Source: Callorhinchus milii
Taxonomy: Eukaryota
Assembly: GCF_018977255.1 (NCBI RefSeq)
Contig: NW_024704742.1
Location: forward strand, 127,784,001 to 127,848,000
Reading direction: 5' to 3'
DNA: 64,000 nucleotides
In this document: positions 39,690-51,214 of the stretch, one piece after another
How the letters are laid out: each line of letters begins with the position of its first letter
How positions within the stretch are numbered: position 1 is the stretch's first letter
Translations under genes and position numbers: made by a program
Notes under the pieces: model-generated
The model's input: only the letters and a program-made list of their open reading frames with translations
Databases searched by the model: none
What the model was told of the DNA's origin: nothing

Positions 39690-40040
39690 TGTGTGCCTGT
39701 CCCAGGTGGTAGCACTCAAGCTGTTTCGTCATGAATATTGTGGGTTCAGAGCTCTACACCGGAACTTTGAGCCCACAGTTCAGACTGACACTCCAAAGCA
39801 GCGCTGGGGAAGTGCTGCGTTGTCGGAGGAGCCGTTCTTCAAAGGAGACGTTTCAATCTGCCTGCTTGTTCAGGTGGACATTAAAGATCTCGTGCCACAA
39901 GTTCAATGAGAAGGGGGTTTCTCCTGGTGTTCTAGGCAACAATCCTTAAATAGAATTGTCCATTCACTTCATTGCTGTTTGTGGCACTTCTTTATGTGCA
40001 AATTGGCTGCCGTGTTTGACTTCAAAATACACAGCCACTA
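39690..40040 (+). mobile_element. SINE family B (diverged), followed by an antisense CR1 3' end (about 40043-40345) that contains a short SINE/L2 tail (40151-40217)
   Basis: Deu-like blocks gttcaggtggacattaaagatc and aattggctgccgtg; CR1-type 3' UTR taggaacaggagtaggccattcagc. Confidence 0.7.
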
Positions 40041-40671
40041 CGTAGGAACAGGAGTAGGCCATTCAGCTCCTCGAGCCATTCTACTAGATCATGACTGATC
40101 TGTACCTCAGCACCAAATATCCGTTTTGCTCCATATCCCTTGATATGGATTTGGGACGTCCTCCCGACGTGAAAAGCGCTATATCAAATGCAAGGATTAT
40201 TATTATTATTATTATTACCCTGACCGAACAAATATCTATCTACCTCAGTCTTGAAAATTTGATTGGATCCAGTATCCACAGCCTTTTGGGGGAGAGAGTT
40301 CCAGATTTCTTCTACCCTATGCGTGAAAAAATGCTTCCTGATATCATTTTACAGTGAAATCCAGTGAAGTGTTTTGAGACATTTTGACAACGTGATAAGG
40401 TGTAAAATCAAATGTGGGGGAGGATGTTGTTGTTATATGGGATCTGGAAAGGTTCTGGTGGAACTGGAAAACTTCTAATTGTTGCCAATTACTGTAATTT
40501 TTGCAGACTTGACAAAGGAGGTTCATTAGATGAAAAGCTGAATTATCGGTGAAGTCACAGGGTTCAGAAATGGCCAGAAAAATCCTTGGTTTACCGTCTC
40601 TCCTGTGCTATCAGTCATTAGCTCCAATTAGAATGTGAAAAACATGATGCACTGATAATGGCCCATTAACA

Positions 40672-41252
40672 ACATGATGGTGGCAGTTTTTAAGGGAATG
40701 GGGACAGAGCCAGAGGAGAGGGACAGGTTGACGATGTCGGTGATATGTGGGGCAAGAAAGTGGAGCTGGGAGATAAGGAGTGGAGTGGGGATGGGGTCAA
40801 GGGAGCAGGTGGTTGGTTTCAGGGATAGGATGAGTTTGGTGACAGAGGGTGGGGAAACGGGTACGAAAGTGAGCAGGGGAGGATGGGTAGCAGTCGGAGT
40901 GTGGGAGTGAGGGGGTGTGGGGGGTTGATGGATGTTGGAGGGGAAGAGACCGCGGAGCGAATTCCCTTGATCTTGGATTCAAGGAAATCCAGCATCTCCT
41001 CGCAGTGAAGGTTGGAGGAGATGACCTGCGCGGGGTGGCGGGGGGGACGGAGGAGTCGGGTTGTGGTGGAAAACAGTAGCCTGGGGTTGTTCTTCCCCTC
41101 CAGGATTATCATGGAGTAGAAGGACGACTTGGCCGAGGCTAGAGTGGAGCCGTAAATTTTGAGGAGGTCCAGCCAGATTTGTCGGTGGACCATTAGGCTA
41201 GATTTGACACAGGTGCGTTCAGCAGCCCGCACCTGGCTTTTCAGTGAGCGGA
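40672..41252 (-). mobile_element. Internal L2-clade ORF2 fragment (between endonuclease and RT)
   Basis: Peptide RAAER...AKSSFYS...NNPRLLFSTTTRLL...FLESKIKGIR and the downstream TTCSLDPIPT-like motif are typical of L2/CR1-group ORF2. Confidence 0.8.
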
Positions 41253-43319
41253 TTAAATGTACCTAAAAAAAGGAATATAGCTCCTGAAAGAGACAACTCC
41301 TAAGCAGTCACCACGACAACAACAACTTGCATTTATATAGTGCCCCTCATGCGGGGTAGGGCTTCAAGAGCCCTTACTACACTTTCCGACGAAGCACTTT
41401 GAGATGTCCTCCCTACGTGAAAGGATCAGGTGCAAGGATTATCATTATTTTACTGCTGATGAGATGCACAATAGTAAAAGGCAATTAGACGTTTATGAGG
41501 AATCTTGTGGTAATTTTCTTCAATGTGACAGAATGAATGTTGGTCATCTATTCAACCCATACACTGCTCCTGGAGTTACTAAAGGCTTTTAAAACAAGAA
41601 CTCACTTGAAAGTTTACTTTAAGCTCAGACCCTGAATTAGATCAAAGATTATTCATCATTAAGTACAGGTACGCACTGTTAGTCATTGCTGCTAAAAGCT
41701 GGAGTATTACTTTAATTGCTAAATGCAGAGTCTTGTCCAAAAATCTACTTAAACTGTTCTCTTCGTCTATCTCATATACAGTAGAACCCCATTATAAGGT
41801 GCCTTATTACAAATAGGGTTTACTAACAGTATGCTTGGGGTGTAGATCCTGATTGCATTTATTTATGCAAAAAGTGTTCCCAGTGGCTCAGCTGGTCGCA
41901 CCTCTCGCCTCTGAGTCAGAAGGTTGAGTCACCAATGCAGTGCTGCGTGTGTCAGGGAGAAGAAAGTCTATCCCAGTGTCTTGGCCAAGAACCCCAAGAT
42001 AAAATTAGTCATTCACTTAATGGCCATTCCTAAGATATCACCATGTGCAAAATTGGCTGCCAGGTTTGCCTACAAAAATACGGTCACTGGGTAAATACGT
42101 TCACTTTATTTTACACCACCTATTTTTCAATACCCAAAGCCTTTATGTGGGCAAAAAAAGTGTGACCACTTGAAAACTAGCCACATCCTAAGTTTAATCC
42201 TAGGGCTCTTAAAGGAAAGTAACTATGAGGAGAAGCACGGAAGCCATTATGGGTCTTGTACATTTTAAAAGAATGAGCGAGCAGCGAGTGGCATTTCACG
42301 AGAGTTTTTAGGATCAAAGACTTTATTCTGCGTACTATCAAATGGGAACAGAAAGACTCGGTGTTTTGGGAAATCAAAGCTACTGGTAATCTCTTACCTT
42401 TTGTCCTGAGTTGATACAGGAGAGGTTTAATTAAATTGGATTTGATGTTCATTATCGCAATTTACAATACTGCAAAGGTTTCAACGCTGTTCATTGTCAG
42501 GTGCTTAGCAACACTGGGTTAATAATGGAAGAAAAATAACTAGAGATAAAGTGAGAACCTGAGGAATAATGTATCTTCACAATTGCCAGATTTTACCCTT
42601 GAATCCCTTCCAGGATATTTTCAAAACAAACGCTTTGATGAGATCGAAGAGATAGCAATTGGCTGGAACCATGGCTCATTTTACATGACAAACCCACTGT
42701 AATGTCCATTTGAGCTGAATGATATCTGGCAGAGAAATCACTAAACGGAGATCTTTCAAGCACCATAAAAAAAAGTATCTAAATTATACCAGCATTTGTT
42801 TGCCTGTATAGTACTCAGCAGCAAGTGTGGATTGAAGACCTGAGATAACATATTTCCCATGAAATACACAGTCACTTCACTTTACCATATATCCTGTGAA
42901 GTGCTTTGAAATGTTTCAATGTTGTGATAAGGCTCTATATCAAATGCAAGGATTATTATTATTATTAAAATATCTTTCTAGTGTTGAAACAGTGTTGAAA
43001 CCTGTGCTGTTTTTTAAATTGCGATCATGAACATTTAATCCAATTTAATTAAACCTCTCCTGTATAAACTCAGGAAATTTATTTTTATACAGAAAGTCAT
43101 CAACAGCTGGAACCATTAGCAGGAAAAATGGTTAAGGCCAGAACGTTAGACTTAAAAAGAAGCAACTTGAATCTCTAATGGGTAGATAGGCTTCTGGGGT
43201 GAAACGTACCCACCCCACGCCCCATCAAGGCCTCAGCCTTTGCACAATGGTTAAGTTCAATAGCCTCCAGATGGAGAAACATAATGGTTCCAGCCAATTG
43301 CTATCATGGCATCAAGACA

Positions 43320-44193
43320 TCTCGAAACGCTTCACAAAATTTTGCTGGGAAGTGTAGTGACTGCGTATTTGTAGGCAGCTAGTTTGTACACAGGATTGTC
43401 CCACAAACAGCCGTGAAGTGAATGACCAATTTTATCTAGGTGATTGTTGGATAGGAGACTTCCTTCTCTCTTCGAATTGGGCCATGGAATCTTTAATGTG
43501 CACCTGAACAGAGAGACAGGCAACCAGTTTAACATCTCATTTAAAGGATGGCAACTCCAAAAATGCACTGCAGTGAAGTGTCAACCTACAGCAACAAAAA
43601 CAAGTTGCATTTATATAGCGCCTTCAGGTGAATAGCATCTCCGGAAAGCTTAACAGTGATTTGGTTTGATGCCGGGCTGGAAAGAGAGGGTAGATAACCG
43701 AAGGCACGATTGAAGGGGAAAAGTGTTCCGGCATGATTTGAAGACTGGCAAAGATGGAGCAAGATGGAAGGATTGAGTCAGAGAGTTCCAGAGATTCAGG
43801 GCACGGTGGCTGAAAGCACGGCCGGCAACGGTGGAGCAGTGGGGATGAGGTATGTACAGAAGACCCGAGCCAGTTGAGTGAAGGTGGTGGATAGTGGATA
43901 GTGTGAGAAGATCAGAGAGGTAGGGAGGTGCCAGGGCATGAAATAATTTGACAGTGAGAGTGAGGATCTTGAAATTCATCCGTTCTGCAACAAAGAGGTG
44001 GTGGAATCTGGCAAGAACTGAGGTGGTGGGGGTGCGGAGTCTGGCATGAGTGAGTAAATGAGCGGCAGGGTTTTGATTAATTTGAACCTTGCCAGCCCGG
44101 CCTAGATGGTGAGCTCAAAGTCCTGATGTGGGGCTTGAATCCACAGCCTTCTGATTTAGAGGCGAAAATGCTATGAACTGAGGCAGACTGACA
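43320..44193 (-). mobile_element. SINE family B split by a same-strand L2 3' fragment (about 43590-44075)
   Basis: The SINE body stops at gtgtcaaccta (43588) and the head part resumes at gcctagat (44100). The insert encodes FKILTL...LAPPYLSDLL...LWNSL. Confidence 0.8.
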
Positions 44194-45491
44194 CTGATTC
44201 AGCTCAATACATGACCACAGGATTCTGAGACCGAGAAACCATCACTAATGTGAAGCTCTCAGAAGAGCTTTCTTTTCTGTGGAGTCTTCATTTCAAGGTG
44301 AATGACACATAGACATGAACACTTGCCAGAGTATTCCTTTACTTGGACAAAGAACAGCCACTAATGGGAATGAAAGATTCGCAAACCTCTTATTAATGTG
44401 TGAGCCCGCTAGACCATCTGCCTATCAGCCCTGAGAGCTCACAATCCCATGGCAAAATAAAACAGATTAATCTCTGCAGAAAAATACTAGTGATGTCTAC
44501 TCGTCTCCTGTTCGCAGGTTCGCAACAATTGTCTTTCCATCAAATGCTGACACTCATTGCCTGGGGATCACACAAGACAGTCATCAAGTGGCCATAAACT
44601 GTTAGCTGCCATCAGTTCATTCCAGTGCTTTGATGGGCTTTCCAAACTGAGGCCAATTTCATTTTCAAATGTCAGACACACCGAACACTTTATGACAGTA
44701 AAACGCCACTGAGTAAGAGGAAAGACAGGCCGAGCACATAGTTGTATGTAGGATGACTAAAGAGAGGTTTGGATGAAGAAGTCCCTTTGGCCCATTTAAT
44801 CTCATCCTTTCATCCTACCAGCCATCCATTACAGCATCAAGCTGCTTCTTAAGTGGGTTCCAGTGTCCTGGCCAAAGCTGCCCTTCCTGCTAAAACGTTT
44901 CAACTGTTATATAAAGAAATGCTTCATGGTGTCTACTCTAAAATTGCCCTTCACAACATTGAACATGTTGGATATCTTAGTATATGAGATCTTACATACC
45001 TCAATAACCTCTGAAATTTCTCTTTAAGCTCTAATTGGGGTAAAAAAACACCTGGGTTTGGATTTACTATTTATTTACAACAACGGCAACTTGCATTTAT
45101 ATAGCACCCTTCACTGCTGGACAGCATCTCGGAGCGCTTTACTTATTCTTGTAGCAATTCAGAGCATCCAGAATTGAAATTATTATTTTTTTGAAGGAAT
45201 TATTACCTCTGGAAAGTGAATTTGGCAAATTGTTAAATTCAGTTTTAACTTTGGAGTCATTTTTCTGTGGTTCTTAAAATGATATTACAGAAAAGTGGCT
45301 TCAAAGTTAAGGCTATGTTTCAGAATTTGCCAATTGTGTATCCTCTAAATGCTATGTTCATAAAGTAAATCTAGACCCAGGAGCAATGCTAGCCCTCCAT
45401 AGTGGTTCCTAATAACTCATCCCTCTAAACAATGGAGATCAGCTTAGTTGCTCTCTGCTGCGGTGTCTCTTGTGCCTAGGCCGACCTCTTA

Positions 45492-47562
45492 TGTGGAGTC
45501 CTGTAGCTCAGGGGTTAGAGCACTCACCTCACAAGCAAAAGACCTGGGTTCAATTCATAGAATCATAGAATTATACAGCACAGAAGGAGGCCATTCAGCT
45601 CATCATGTCTATGTCGGCTCTTTGAAAAGAGCTATCCAATTCAATCCCACTTTCCCGCTTTCTCCCCATAGCACTGCAAATGTATCCTCCCCAGATAATT
45701 ATCTACCCTCTTAAAAACTGTTATCAAATCAGCTTCCACCATCCTTTCAGGCAATGCATTCCAGATCTGAACAACTCGCGCTGTGTAAAAAAATTCTCCT
45801 TACCTCCCCTCTGTTTCTTTTAACAACTATTTTAAATCGGTGTCCTCGGATTACCGACCCATCCGCCAGTGGAAATGGTTTCTCCTTGTTCACTATTGAA
45901 TCCCCTCATAATTTTTAAAACTTCTATTAAGTCTCCTCTTAAACTTCTCTGCTCCAAGGAAAATAATCCTAGCTTCTCCTGATAACTGAAGTCCCTCATT
46001 CCTGGTACCATCCTGGTAAATCTCCTTTGCACCCTCTCCAATGCTTTGACATCCTTCCTAAAGTGTGGTGCCCAGAACTGAACACATTACTCCAGCTGAG
46101 GCCTAACCTGTGTTTCATAAAGCTTTATCATAACTTCCCGATTTTTATATTTTATGTCTCCATTCATAAAGCCTAGTATCCTGTATGCTTTTTTAACAGC
46201 TTTATCTACCTGCACTGCCACCTTCAAAGATTTACTTATATGAACCCCCAGGTCTCTCTGTTCCTTCACCCACTTTAAGATTGTACCACCAGCTTATATT
46301 GCCTCTCCTCATTCTTCCTCACAAAATGCACTTCGCAATTCTCCACATTAAACTTCATCTGCCATGTGTCTGCCCATTTTACCAGTCTGTCTACGTCTGT
46401 TTGCAGTCTGCTATTATCCTCCTCACTGTTTACTACTTTTCCTATCTTAGTATCTTGATAATAATAATAATCTGCAAATTTGGAAAGTGTATTCCTATAC
46501 TCAAGTCCAGATCATTTATATAGATCAAAAACAGCAGTGGTCCCAATACTGATCCCTGGGGGACACCACTGTACACTTCCCTCCAGTCTGAAAAACAACC
46601 GTTCACTACCACTCTCTGCTTTCTGTCTCCCAGCCAGTTCTGTATCCATGCTGCCACTGTCCCTTTAATACAATGGACTTCTATTTTGCTTACAAGTCTC
46701 TTATGTGGCACTTTATCAAATGCCTTTTGAAAATCCATATAAACTGCATCAACTGCACTGCCTTCATCCACCCTTTCCGTTACTTCATCAAAAAACTCTT
46801 ATTAGGTTTGTTAGATATGATTTAACAAATCCGTGTTGGCTGTCCTTTATTAACCCGTATTTTTCTAAGTGAAAATTTATTTTGTCCCAGATTATAGTCT
46901 CTAGAAGTTTCCCCACAACTGACGTTAGGCTGACTGACCTGTAATTCCCGGGTTTATCCTTCCGCTCCTTTTTGTACAGGGGAGTTAACATTTGTAACCC
47001 TCCAGTTCTCTGGTAGTACCCCAGTGTCCAAGGAGAATTGAAAGATTGTGGCCAGAGCTTTGTTACTTCCACGCTTACTTCCTTCAGTAACCTAGGATGC
47101 ATCCCAACCAGACCAGGTGACTTATCTACCTTGAGCACCAACAACCTTTTTAGTACCTCCTCTCGGTTTATTCTTATCTTATCCAATTTCTCTACCCTCT
47201 CCTCTAATACTGTGGCATTGGCTGCATCCCCTTCTTTTGTGAAGACAGATGCAAAGTACTCATTTGGTAGTGAAGTTCCTGGCAGGGCAAAATGTTGGGC
47301 AAGTTTCCTTACTCCATATGCCTCTGTTTACCTAGAAGTAAGTAGGAACCCAGTTCCTTCAAAATGTTTTAAAATAAAATAATAAATTGTTCACTTCAGT
47401 CCATGACTGTTTGTGGGACACTGCTGTGTGTAATTGGCTGCCACGTTTTGCCCACAAAATATACAGTCAAATCACTACAGTATATTCTGAGAAGCGCTTT
47501 CAGACATCTTGAAGATGTGATAAAGCGCTATATCAAATGCAAGTATTATTATTATTGTTATT
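45492..47562 (+). mobile_element. SINE family A split at its B box (45492-45556 and about 47273-47562)
   Basis: The head ends ggttcaattc and the remainder resumes as cctggcagggcaaaatgttgggcaagtttcc after the CR1 insert. Confidence 0.85.
45557..47267 (-). mobile_element. CR1 LINE, ~1.7 kb 5'-truncated, frameshifted RT
   Basis: Peptides DKSPG...PGNYRSVSLTSVVGKLLE...[19 protein letters not shown]...[20 protein letters not shown] and ERVQRRFTRMVPG; tail (ttctatga)n on the minus strand. Confidence 0.94.
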
Positions 47563-49663
47563 TTGCGGAAACCTCTCTGTAGCACACCAAGTTCAGCCTA
47601 ACTGGACCACTATGAACCTGAGTAAATGAGTCTTTGGAACCCTCCAGACGTATGAATTTTGTTACATTGACCAACTGAATATAAAAAGTTATGGGAAAAT
47701 AACAGGGAGTTTGTATTAACAACAAATTACATTTATGTAGCGCCTTTCACATCCTGAGACCCTGGACAGTCGAGGGTTTGCATATTAACAGCGCCCACAG
47801 GATTAACGGGATGAATGGTTTCATTCTGTGCTGCAATAATTATGATCCTGTGATATGCAAGCAACTGGCTTAAAGTCAAGTTGACACAAACAATAGCATT
47901 CTGAAAAAATGCTCATTTGGAACAATGGAGGCTTTTTAGCAGAGAATGCCCAAGATTGACTTAGAAACGAGAGGGAACGAGATGTACAAATCCTTAATTA
48001 CCTTGGCAGAATTTACATTCTCTTGAAAAATGTGGAGAAAGATGTCACAGAAGATTGCAACTTGCAGAACTTAACTATAAAAATACTTCATTTGCCACTA
48101 TTTTTTTTAAAAAAAGTTACGCTTCATCATAGTATTAATGGTGGCTCTAATGTTCATCTGAAAATTAAACGTGCGGTTTGTAGTCAGGAGAAGGCCTTGT
48201 CTATTTATGATGGTCCAATGCAACCAGTCTGGAGAAGCACTGAGTTTGAAATGTTCACATATTTATTTTCTCAATATCCATGATTATATTCAGGAAAGAA
48301 ATAAGACAAAATGGGCCATATTGGCTTGTTAGCAGTATATACACGAGCAGACCAGTCGCCAAGGGATCACTCGGGGATCTTTCCCATTCAGCTGCTGTTA
48401 ATCCTGCAAACCAAAGCTCTAACCAGTAGGGTGGTCTTAGCTGGAGAAGTAGTAGGAAGCCTGCAAGCTTTTTCAAGACAAGCTGTACAATTTCAGCTGG
48501 TTAAACTCCAGCAATACTTCATTGCACATTTTGAGATCCCCAAGGCCCTTATCCCAGAATGTTTAGGTGTCGGTTGGCAAAATCCAAAGCTTGGGGAACG
48601 CAAGAGTGTGCGTTAGGGCACTGCTGGAATTTAAGCAGCTAAAACTATGAAACTTATCATTGTGAATACTGACAAGTTTCTCGCAGTTTGTTCAGCTATG
48701 ATCACCTTACCTGAAAGGGCGTTGGCTTGCAGGGTTAACAGTGGCAGAATCCCATCCCCAAGTGACTTATCTTCATCTCCAACATCTGCCATTGAACCAG
48801 GCTGATGGGAATATCAAGTGGCCTGGAGTACTGTGGACCTGCCAGGCTCTAATACTGGACAAGTGACTGCCACAAACGAATGACTCGATTCCAATCTTAT
48901 GCCATCACCATCATATGATTATTTGGTAGATTCTACTAAATAGAACAATCTGTAAAAAAATCTTTTGAAGTATTTTAACCCAGGCATGGAAAGCTTTTGG
49001 ATTTGAGGATGGATGCCATTGCTTGACATTCCCTGATGGTGCCAATAGGAGGTCAAGTCCAGCTCCAAATTAAATCACTGTGGAACTCAGATCTAAATGG
49101 TTTCTGTAAGGATGAATCTGCTACAACATCTGTCTTTGGCATTGCACTTTCTGTCCATTCCTGAGACCAATGAAGTCTTTCCATTCTGAACTCAGAAAGA
49201 CACGAACAATCTACACACGGAAATTTAGCTAAAAATCATGAGACACTAAAAATCTTAACTTGAAACTTTTTTAAAAAATTGCCTGGAGTTCAACGCAATG
49301 AAACAACTGCAATGCCACTTATTGATGGCAGAGGATGCAACAGCAGATTTAAACCCCACGAGAAAGTAACAGGAAGGAACAACAAAATGGGACACAATTT
49401 TTATAGACAGAACAGAGTATTTTGCCAATATTCTGTGGTCTGAATACTTGCTCAGCCTAACTCGCACTCCTGAAGATACATATATATATATATCAAAGGA
49501 ATTATGCTGGGTTATGATTTATTACAAACATTGACCATAAAACAAATTTCCCCGCATGGAATTTATCACAAATATCAGCCACTCAATCAATATGCCCCTG
49601 GCTTTGGCATCCTGTACGCCACACAGTTAAACTCAAAACACTTACGAGATGTTGAAAGGGAGG

Positions 49664-50572
49664 TGCTGTGGGGGATGAATTGTTCCGGCAAGCTAGCATA
49701 CTATTGAAAATCTATAAAAATACACATTTTATTTGCTCGAATACCACATACTGGCAGCTCACCTACAAGACTTCAGGTTCTTCTTATTCCACTGCAGAAC
49801 CTGGCACTGAAAGACTCTTGGGATCAGAGTTTGAAGCTGTTTGGGTGAAAAGTGAGGGGTCTCCAAACACATCAAGTAGGCCAAAAGGGCCTTCTTCACC
49901 CCAATGAATTCTGTGATCATTCTTGGGTGGAAATTCAACTCGGGTTTAGACATTCTCGTTTGTTAGCATTCCAGAGCTTCCAAATTTTCACAAATTCTTA
50001 AATGCGGTCTCAAATAAACAAATAATAATAACTTGCTCACTCAATCCACGACTGTTTGTGGGCACATTGCCGTGCGCGATTGACTGCTGCATTCCGTCCA
50101 CAAAAAAAACAGTCAATTCACTTTCCGGTATACTGTGTGAAGCGCTTTAAGGCGTCTCGGCGATGTGATAAGGTACTATAACAAATTCCAGCATAATTAT
50201 TATTTATATTATTAATTTTGTAACTGGCTTTGTATTTTAAGAAGTTCGGGAAGTCGGGCTTCAAAGCTAAGACTGAATTCAGCAATTTGGCAGTTTCTGA
50301 AATGGTGATAAACATGAGTAAACCCAGGTGGAATTTCTCTCCCATCCATTCTTCAATTATTACCAGAGATAATCAAGGAATGTTGCAGAAAACCTAGTTT
50401 AAAAAACGTGTTCTTACAGCATGTTCTTAATGACAAGTTGCTGTGAGGATGGATTGTTCTGCCAAGCTAACATACTATTGAAAAATCTATAAAAATACAC
50501 ATTAAACTTGCTTGAATATCATATACTGGCAGATCACTTGAAATACTTCAGGTTCTTTTTATTCCATTGCAG
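49664..50572 (+). repeat. Direct repeat of ~134 bp (49664-49797 and 50439-50572)
   Basis: tgctgtg...caagcta-catactattgaaaa-tctataaaaatacacatt...atactggcag...cttcaggttctt-ttattcca-tgcag is present twice with scattered substitutions. Confidence 0.9.
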
Positions 50573-51214
50573 GACTCTGTGAAGCACTTTGAGATGGCTC
50601 AAAGACGTGATAAGGCGCTATATCGAATGCAGGGATTATTATTAATAACAAAAGAGAATGCCTCACATTTCACATGGATTTTGGCCATATTGCCATTATA
50701 TTGTTTCAAATTTAGTGAGGGGACAGATTTGTTTTCATTTCTAGACAGTGGAATGCATTTTTGACTTAACTTCAACTGGTTGAGGAAGAAATTATTCTCG
50801 CTATGTCGGGGAGATTGGGAGAAATGTTCACATAGTCGTTAATAATAGTTTCCAGCTAATGCAGTGTTCTTAATTATCGATGGGGAATGTGTGCAGGATT
50901 ACAATATGTTTTACCTGATTGTCCTTATCGGCTAAGCAAAGATATTCGTCACTACTGTATGAAATTATGACTTAGCTATTATAGATAGTAGCAATATTGC
51001 TCATGATGATTCCAAATTGAAAGCCCCCAATAAAACGCTGCACTAAACAACTTTCCTGTGAAAGCTCACAATGCTTTTCTCGAAGCCCGATTGGATGGAT
51101 TAACAAAGGTTTAATCAAACAAATACACCTCAGATCAAAGATTATCAATGCACACCCTTTAAAAGGACCTTCAGCAAGAAACTAATACCACGCATTCTGC
51201 TCTCGTGCCCTTAC

